Positions 26,032 to 32,000 of a stretch of DNA of 32,000 bases are shown here, piece after piece; the stretch's first letter is position 1, and every line of letters begins with the position of its first letter. Position numbers and translations under genes: made by a program. Under the pieces are notes generated by a model that did not search any database, was not told the origin of the DNA, and saw nothing but the letters and a program-made list of their open reading frames with translations. The stretch lies in the sequence record MW057856.1; one strand, given 5' to 3'. The DNA is from Providencia phage PSTCR4.

Positions 26032-26055
26032 TGTTTACATTGCATAGTATAAAGC

Positions 26056-26093
26056 TCACTTGGTTCACTAAGTTGGTATTTCACTTGGTTTAC
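26056..26093. repeat. Direct repeat pair TCACTTGGTTCAC / TCACTTGGTTTAC
   Basis: 26056-26068 and 26081-26093; 12/13 identical, 25 nt start to start. Confidence 0.8.
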
Positions 26094-26206
26094 GCTGTTT
26101 AATATAACTTACTTCAATAGTTAACGCAAATGGATATTATTTTGTATTAATACTTGCACAGATTAAAAATATGTCATATATTTATAGTTAAACAAAGGAG
26201 ATTGCA

Positions 26207-26386
26207 ATGACTAGATACTTGATACCAGGCAGACAAAATGAAGAAGGGATTTTTGTTTGGGGATACAAAGGAACATCCGTTGTTGTTATTGAAGATTTAA
26301 ATGACACTCCTAGCTATACAATAGAGGGAGAATTTATCTCATATAATTCTATTGAAGAGTTGGAATATTTTAATAACATTCATTAA
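26207..26386 (+). CDS. Hypothetical 59-aa protein, only rightward small gene in the early region
   Basis: MTRYLIPGRQNEEGIFVWGYKGTSVVVIEDLNDTPSYTIEGEFISYNSIEELEYFNNIH; AAGGAG 6 nt before ATG. Missed by the track cutoff. Confidence 0.7.
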   Translation: MTRYLIPGRQNEEGIFVWGYKGTSVVVIEDLNDTPSYTIEGEFISYNSIEELEYFNNIH

Positions 26387-26407
26387 AAATGGGGCGTTTG
26401 CCCCATT
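26382..26407 (-). terminator. Intrinsic terminator after the primase-helicase gene
   Basis: Minus strand AATGGGGC-AAAC-GCCCCATT followed by TTT; perfect 8-bp stem. Confidence 0.7.
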
Positions 26408-26439
26408 ACTATATTAAAAATCCGGATGCTCATCTTTCA

Positions 26440-28785
26440 TCAAAAATCCCCATCATTCATAATATACCAGCAATGGCCTTTAAACTTGAGCTCTGCTTTA
26501 CGTTGGTCTGTAACAGGCACCAATGCTCCCATACTTACAAAATCGTTTATAACGTTAGTACACGCTCGCATATGACCTTCTCTTGCTTTGTAGAAACTGG
26601 ATTTATTACGAGTTGCCTTGACAATATCACTTTTCGTGATAATACCAAGAGTCTTAAGATCATCCCTTGCAGGTTTTATCTTACTCTTACCTGTGCGATA
26701 TAATCTTATTACTTCACTCATTGCTAAGTTTCTAGAATCATCGTCGACACCGATGTCACCACTTCTCCATCTTTCTAGCATTAGATTTAAACCATGATTT
26801 GAAAAATCTATCGCCCATTGAACATGAGTAGTCGTAACAATAGGGTTAAAGCAATTATCTGCTGTTGCAAGTAAAGCAGCCAAACGTAGCACCTTTAAAT
26901 GCGCCCTGTTCCACGCTTGCCTTACTGCCTCGTCTTGTGTTGCGTTAATATTCTTGTCGCACAAGTCGTTATATGCGTCGCACATTTTCTCGGCATTGGG
27001 ATCAAATTGCACCAATGTATTTTGATATCTGCTATTAAGGGTTAACGACTGTGTAACTAATGTGGCTATCTGCATATACAAATCTTCAGACAACCTTTCA
27101 ACAGGGTTTTTATTTAAAGGAGGTCTATCTCCAGAATATTGAACAATATGCCAACGACTTAAAAAACCATCCTCCATCATATCCTTTGTTAAACTTTCAA
27201 AAAATTGAGAAGGTGTGGTTTCCCCCATTATACTAAAGGCAACACCAGTTGTTGTCTGTGTGTTGTTTTCATGATTTGAATATGCAACACCACTAACACG
27301 AGAACTAGGTCCAGACTTTTGATACACATCTGTTAAGTCTGCACGAAAAGATGACATAGGCCCACCTGCTGGATCTGTTGCCATTCGTTTGATAATCTTA
27401 CCTATTTCCCCGTTAATATTGACAAAACATTGATTCTTTGTAAACTCCTTTCTTAATGCAGGTCCCGACGCAAACTTTGTCATATTTACGAAGTCACCCG
27501 ACGCTGGAATTGTTTGTTGTAATTGAGATGTAATTAAAGAAACACCTGTGTTAAGAGCTTCTTTACCAACTCCAGATTGAGCAATAAGAATAAAGTAACC
27601 ATTAAGTCCAGATTGTGGAATATACCATGCTTTACCGCACACTCCCGCCAAGTAACCTAATGCAGTAACAATGGAAACTTCTTTAACTGGTCGCATAGAA
27701 GAATGATAAATAAATTTAGCAATCTCTCCAGCAAGTCCAGGAGGCCAGGATAAAGACTTAGGACCTTTTGTTGTCACTTCGGGTATAACCACATTATTGT
27801 TCGTTGTAACTATTGGTAATTCCTGTGATGCTAATTGCTGAATGTTTTCTAATGTGTCTCTGGAATTATTTAAGTTTTGAACAAATGCAATTGCCTGTTG
27901 TTCCACCTGTTGCAACTCTATTTTTTCTCGTTGCTGCCTTGCACGACATAAAGAAATAGTAAGATTTATATATCGATTGTCTTTTACTGCTTTTTCGCGT
28001 TTGCCTAATTCAGAATATCTAAATAAACGTCTGCATTGCTCATTACTCTCGCTGTAAAATGTAAACATAGACATTAATGCAAGATCGGCTTCTGATTGGG
28101 ATTGGTAATTTAATTCTTGCCACCTCCCCTCAAACAACATATTAAACTTATCGGAGTTATCTGCTGTACTTGCTTTTATCCATATAGCTTCATCGGATTC
28201 TGTCGGTTCGATTTCTTCTAAATCTATTTTTGAATCCTTTCTTGCTTGTACAATTTCGTCGACTAGCATCTGCAAGTATAATTGACGCTCTGCAATCGGT
28301 TTGGCAGGATTATTCATACTTTTACCAGTAAAGACAATAAATCTTCCTTTACTGTATACTTCAACGCCATCCCGTTTGACACCAGATTCCGTGTTCCCAT
28401 ATACAACTATATGTACACCTTTACCGCTAGAACTTACTTCACTATAACTGTCAAAGGTTGCAATAATATGTTCAAATCTTCTTAATTGTTCAGGTGTAGT
28501 CCATAAGTGCGGGTTACTTGGTTCATTATCTGCGTCTTTAACATCTAGGTCTATTACTGCAAACGGATCGTTTTCCGTAAGAGCAAAACCAACAGATAAA
28601 TCATATGCACCTGCAAGACTCATTGCATCTTCATATGTCATATAACACGCTGGATTTGTGGGGTCACCTTTTATAACGCCGTATTGAGAATGCCAATACG
28701 AGGGAACTTTATATTCACCTTTTTCGTTTTTTGTTCCAACCATCCATTGATTATAGGACTTCATTACATCGGGAATAAAGTTCAT
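26440..28785 (-). CDS. Bifunctional primase-polymerase (AEP) / DUF3987-type helicase
   Basis: Prim-pol-like FAVIDLDVKD, SSSGKGVHIVVYG, EVYSKGRFIVFTG; C-terminal ATPase ILIAQSGVGKEALN. Confidence 0.83.
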   Translation of the reverse strand: MNFIPDVMKSYNQWMVGTKNEKGEYKVPSYWHSQYGVIKGDPTNPACYMTYEDAMSLAGAYDLSVGFALTENDPFAVIDLDVKDADNEPSNPHLWTTPEQLRRFEHIIATFDSYSEVSSSGKGVHIVVYGNTESGVKRDGVEVYSKGRFIVFTGKSMNNPAKPIAERQLYLQMLVDEIVQARKDSKIDLEEIEPTESDEAIWIKASTADNSDKFNMLFEGRWQELNYQSQSEADLALMSMFTFYSESNEQCRRLFRYSELGKREKAVKDNRYINLTISLCRARQQREKIELQQVEQQAIAFVQNLNNSRDTLENIQQLASQELPIVTTNNNVVIPEVTTKGPKSLSWPPGLAGEIAKFIYHSSMRPVKEVSIVTALGYLAGVCGKAWYIPQSGLNGYFILIAQSGVGKEALNTGVSLITSQLQQTIPASGDFVNMTKFASGPALRKEFTKNQCFVNINGEIGKIIKRMATDPAGGPMSSFRADLTDVYQKSGPSSRVSGVAYSNHENNTQTTTGVAFSIMGETTPSQFFESLTKDMMEDGFLSRWHIVQYSGDRPPLNKNPVERLSEDLYMQIATLVTQSLTLNSRYQNTLVQFDPNAEKMCDAYNDLCDKNINATQDEAVRQAWNRAHLKVLRLAALLATADNCFNPIVTTTHVQWAIDFSNHGLNLMLERWRSGDIGVDDDSRNLAMSEVIRLYRTGKSKIKPARDDLKTLGIITKSDIVKATRNKSSFYKAREGHMRACTNVINDFVSMGALVPVTDQRKAELKFKGHCWYIMNDGDF

Positions 28786-28787
28786 TA

Positions 28788-29003
28788 TTAGATATTCCTT
28801 TTGTTTTTACTATATTCTTCCAATACAGAATGGATAGTCCCGTTTCTTTCATAAATAAAACAGGAGCCTACTTTAATAGCTCCCGGCAATTTTCCAGTTT
28901 TTCTAAGATAGGAAAGCATGTAAACACTCACCCCATATAGTTCACTCAATTCCGATACTGTAATATATTGCTGATTGAAATTATGTTGCGCATTATTAAC
29001 CAT
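28788..29003 (-). CDS. Small helix-turn-helix DNA-binding protein (excisionase/MerR-like)
   Basis: YITVSELSELYGVSVYMLSYLRKTGKLPGAIKVGSCFIYE. Confidence 0.65.
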   Translation of the reverse strand: MVNNAQHNFNQQYITVSELSELYGVSVYMLSYLRKTGKLPGAIKVGSCFIYERNGTIHSVLEEYSKNKRNI

Positions 29004-29070
29004 GCAATCCTCCTATTATAAGCAGGTTATTATATTTAAAATGTTTAAAGGAAAGCAAGCTGACACTAAA

Positions 29071-29346
29071 TTATTTAATAAATTGCATTGTTTCTTTATT
29101 TCGGATAATTTTATACGTCACCATATTTCTATTAACAATATCATTAACATTATCACATTCAATAACACCAAGATCTACCAATTTTTTCATTCTTATAACA
29201 AGTTGAGATTTAGTCAAACCCAAAGAATCACAAAGTGTGGTTACATTCTTAACTTTTCTTACCGTAAATGTGTAAGATTGTTCTGGTTTCTTAACAAAAG
29301 GAAATTGAATTAATGTTCTTAATGTAACAGTAAGAGCTATATTCAT
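29071..29346 (-). CDS. Putative winged-helix protein
   Basis: NVTTLCDSLGLTKSQLVIRMKKLVDLGVIE...YKII resembles a wHTH. Confidence 0.5.
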   Translation of the reverse strand: MNIALTVTLRTLIQFPFVKKPEQSYTFTVRKVKNVTTLCDSLGLTKSQLVIRMKKLVDLGVIECDNVNDIVNRNMVTYKIIRNKETMQFIK

Positions 29347-29636
29347 TATTTTATCCTGTCCGTTGATAATAACGATAATTCTGCTTCAAGTTTAGAAACA
29401 TCCCAACCTAACGCAAGCCTTCTTTTTATCTGAAGTGTTATAAATTCTGCTTTACCGTGTCTTGTTGCTTTGTAACAAATTTCGGATAAATTTTCGTATT
29501 CTTTTTTAATAAATCCTTGACGTTCCATCTTATCTAAAGCTGATTGAACATCTTCTTTAAGGAACTTTCTTACAGCAATGTAACCGGCTGGTTGATTTGC
29601 AAAATATAAAATAGAATCTCTACTTGTCTTAAACAT
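29346..29636 (-). CDS. Putative winged-helix protein
   Basis: AGYIAVRKFLKEDVQSALDKMERQGFIKKEYENLSEICYKAT resembles a wHTH; ATG/stop overlap with the neighbour. Confidence 0.45.
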   Translation of the reverse strand: MFKTSRDSILYFANQPAGYIAVRKFLKEDVQSALDKMERQGFIKKEYENLSEICYKATRHGKAEFITLQIKRRLALGWDVSKLEAELSLLSTDRIK

Positions 29637-29982
29637 TGATTATCCTTAATTTTCCAAATTCGTATTTAACATTAACAACATTATAAGCTGCTCGTTTTTT
29701 ATAATTTAATGTAACCACATTACTATCGATTATGAATTTCATGTCGTACATTGGTATACACAATTCTTTATCCAAAGTCATAGCGTCAAATGTTTCCGTA
29801 TTTAATTGATGTTCTGTTATGTTAAGAAGGGATAACATTTCTTGTTTGTTATTCCTAACATAATTTAAGAACAGTGTGGACAAATTAAGGCGCACATCTT
29901 TGGTCATATATGTGTGTTTAACAGGTAGCACAATGTGAACGCCTTTAAATTTGAGCAAGAAACCTTTAGTAACTTTCTTCAT
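29629..29982 (-). CDS. Hypothetical protein
   Basis: 117-aa open frame in the operon with an 8-nt overlap with its neighbour. Confidence 0.55.
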   Translation of the reverse strand: MKKVTKGFLLKFKGVHIVLPVKHTYMTKDVRLNLSTLFLNYVRNNKQEMLSLLNITEHQLNTETFDAMTLDKELCIPMYDMKFIIDSNVVTLNYKKRAAYNVVNVKYEFGKLRIINV

Positions 29983-30280
29983 TGTAAGTATCGTTCATTA
30001 AACAATATGCATTAGCTGCGGATCTTAATTCCTGTTTAGTGTACGCAATAGGTTTATGTTTAATCATTTCGTACAATATACCATATTGCTCAACTGTTTT
30101 ATCTTCTTGTGTTTTGGATTTAACATACCCGTTAATGAAATCATGTGTGTAACCTTTATCACGTAACACATAATAATTGTCGAATCCTTCTGCAAAATTA
30201 GCGCACAGTTCTTCTTTAATATTAGAACCCATTGCAAGAGGGGAAATCAAGCATGTTAGTAAAACAATAGACTTAAACAT
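29966..30280 (-). CDS. Small secreted/periplasmic hypothetical protein
   Basis: From ATG at 30278-30280 (AGGAG upstream): MFKSIVLLTCLISPLAMGSNIKEELC..., an apparent signal peptide. The track start is 30325. Confidence 0.6.
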   Translation of the reverse strand: MFKSIVLLTCLISPLAMGSNIKEELCANFAEGFDNYYVLRDKGYTHDFINGYVKSKTQEDKTVEQYGILYEMIKHKPIAYTKQELRSAANAYCLMNDTYNEESY

Positions 30281-30353
30281 AATGCCACTCCTATTATAAT
30301 CAGCCTTAAAATTAAAAACTTCCAATTTGTGCTTGCACGATAAATATGAGTTT

Positions 30354-30776
30354 TCATAATAAGTAATTCAAAGATGCAAAGAATGCATTTCCCTCGTAAG
30401 CTCTAACAGAAATGATAAGTTGAATGACAGGATCTCTCTTTAGAAATTCTCGAAAAGATTCAGAACGCAAATCTGAAGAATTATCAATTAATGAATTGAA
30501 AGATTTAACTAATTCGTTTAAAGAAGTATTATTTAAAAGCTTCTTATTTTTATCGTAAGCTTCTTTTGCAGACATTGGTTTAGATGCAGGTATACGATCA
30601 TATAACGGAGGTGCAGGCATTGGCGGTGTTGCTGGTTGAGGCTTGCCTTTGTCACAAAAATACTCAATTTCACTTTTAAGTTTAGCCTTAATTAAGATAG
30701 AAATTTGAATTAATAATTCTGAATAAAAATCGTTAATTGTTTTTTGATCGCTGGATGGCATAGATGGAATAAACAT
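30354..30776 (-). CDS. Hypothetical protein with central Pro-rich linker
   Basis: 140 aa; GKPQPATPPMPAPPLYDR. Confidence 0.55.
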   Translation of the reverse strand: MFIPSMPSSDQKTINDFYSELLIQISILIKAKLKSEIEYFCDKGKPQPATPPMPAPPLYDRIPASKPMSAKEAYDKNKKLLNNTSLNELVKSFNSLIDNSSDLRSESFREFLKRDPVIQLIISVRAYEGNAFFASLNYLL

Positions 30777-30839
30777 ATCATTTCTCCTATTTAGTTTGTA
30801 TATTTACTTTAAAACACTTCAAAACAATAGTCAAATAAA

Positions 30840-31052
30840 TTAAAGGTCTTCCATAGACCAAACACATGACATTCCGCCCAAGTTATTGTAATAACAAAGC
30901 ATATTCTCATCCTTGTCATAATGTTTGTAAATTTTAACTTCAATTTGTTTTGGTTGCATCTTTTCTTGCAATGCAAATGTGCTTATCAATATTATAAATG
31001 CAAGAAAAATAATTGTCAGTGTTTGTAATATTGCCTTAATAATAGCTTTCAT
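30840..31052 (-). CDS. Small single-pass membrane protein
   Basis: 70 aa with AILQTLTIIFLAFIILISTFAL near the N-terminus. Confidence 0.55.
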   Translation of the reverse strand: MKAIIKAILQTLTIIFLAFIILISTFALQEKMQPKQIEVKIYKHYDKDENMLCYYNNLGGMSCVWSMEDL

Positions 31053-31055
31053 AAT

Positions 31056-31508
31056 TCACCATAATTTAGGGGGTTGATTCATTAAAGGTATTTTAGTTTC
31101 TTCTTTCAAATGTCCCATAAATAAAAATTCACTTCTCAATTCGCATTGTTCTAAAATATTAGTAGCACGAAATAGAATAGCAGAACAAACTTTACCTATT
31201 GTCGTATTTTGTTTTTTAGTACCTACCCAATGGTCTTTATAAAGATATCCATAAGTGTCGGATATTTGCCTTACCGCACTTTCTTTATAAACTATTCTCA
31301 ATTTATCAGAATTTTTATGGAAACCTTCGGACAGTCCTTCTATACATAAGTTAAAACGAAAATAATCGCTTTCCCAATTAACATCCTCTCTCGCACCGGC
31401 TTTAATATATAATCCCCCATAAGGAATATAATTTGTTTCTATCTTATTCACACCAAGTAACATTTTCAAATCGTCTGTTACCTTTTCAATAATACCATCA
31501 GCTGTCAT
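31056..31508 (-). CDS. Hypothetical protein
   Basis: 150-aa open frame in the same operon. Confidence 0.55.
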   Translation of the reverse strand: MTADGIIEKVTDDLKMLLGVNKIETNYIPYGGLYIKAGAREDVNWESDYFRFNLCIEGLSEGFHKNSDKLRIVYKESAVRQISDTYGYLYKDHWVGTKKQNTTIGKVCSAILFRATNILEQCELRSEFLFMGHLKEETKIPLMNQPPKLW

Positions 31509-31999
31509 AATTCCCTCTTAAATACAGGCATACACGAACCAAATTCTCTACGTATTGCTGCGCATCGTTTACTACAAGATAATGCCCATCCTCTTTTCAA
31601 ATCAGCAACTCGCGCCTCGTATTGTTGCCCACAACTACATTGCATTAAAACTTTAGAACATTTAACACTTTTAAGTAATTGTTTAATTGTTTTACTTGCT
31701 TTCTTTTTCTTTTTAATTTTTATCGAGGTAAGAGAAACATCTGTTATTTTTGTTTTACGATTATATAATTCGTCTTCTAGTAATGAAACCCAGGCTTCCC
31801 ATTTATGAGTGTCGCATTCCCATGTTGCGCTATCCGCGTTATGTTGACAAAGTCTTATTGCATTTTTAATGTGGTTATCTGACATTTTGCAAATACTAAT
31901 GGATGTTCCATCCCTTTGAACCCACTTACCGTCAGCCAAACCTTCTTCATATTCGTCATAAACAGGTTCGTAGGCTCCCATGTCATAAGCTTCACTCAT
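31505..31999 (-). CDS. Hypothetical protein with C-terminal zinc-ribbon-like motif
   Basis: CSCGQQYEARVADLKRGWALSCSKRCAAIRREFG; ATG complement at 31997-31999 next to the window edge. Confidence 0.6.
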   Translation of the reverse strand: MSEAYDMGAYEPVYDEYEEGLADGKWVQRDGTSISICKMSDNHIKNAIRLCQHNADSATWECDTHKWEAWVSLLEDELYNRKTKITDVSLTSIKIKKKKKASKTIKQLLKSVKCSKVLMQCSCGQQYEARVADLKRGWALSCSKRCAAIRREFGSCMPVFKREL

Positions 32000-32000
32000 T

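Noticed and set aside
25740-26206. tRNA gene or retron-like RNA in the non-coding gap
   Set aside because: No cloverleaf or TPsiC-like GGTTCRA box was seen by eye and there is no adjacent reverse transcriptase; left as an unclassified ncRNA or origin candidate.
28975-29313. 112-aa plus-strand ORF over the small HTH genes
   Set aside because: Antisense to a well-packed minus operon with ATG/stop overlaps; more likely a shadow frame.

Overview
The window looks like part of a tailed dsDNA phage genome. It has the content of the 9g/CAjan-type lineage with 7-deazaguanine-modified DNA, inferred from gene content only. A rightward late module (1-8072) encodes an NlpC/P60-like tail protein, a lambda J-like central tail protein, a small lipoprotein and two distal tail/fibre proteins. 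It meets a terminator hairpin at about 8081-8105. From about 8106 to the right edge nearly every gene is on the minus strand. These encode a family B DNA polymerase, a probable sliding clamp, a DpdA-like base exchanger, a 7-deazaguanine synthesis/import cassette (FolE with a long N-terminal extension, QueD, Gat-QueC fusion, QueE, YhhQ-like transporter), a helicase, a Cas4/YqaJ-like nuclease, a DUF669/SSB-like protein, a Sak4-like ATPase, an ATP-dependent ligase, RNase H, a resolvase-like nuclease, a prim-pol/DUF3987 primase-helicase, and a run of small early-type proteins including several putative winged-helix proteins. The most interesting unexplained element is the non-coding gap at 25740-26206. 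Its minus strand reads as a self-contained unit: a near-consensus sigma70 promoter, about 240 nt with five successive inverted repeats, and a UUCG-capped intrinsic terminator with a nine-T tract. This is a candidate structured phage ncRNA or a replication-origin element. The YhhQ-like gene beside a complete de novo preQ0 pathway and the extended FolE are also worth following up. All family calls are motif recognition from the supplied translations; no database search was run.
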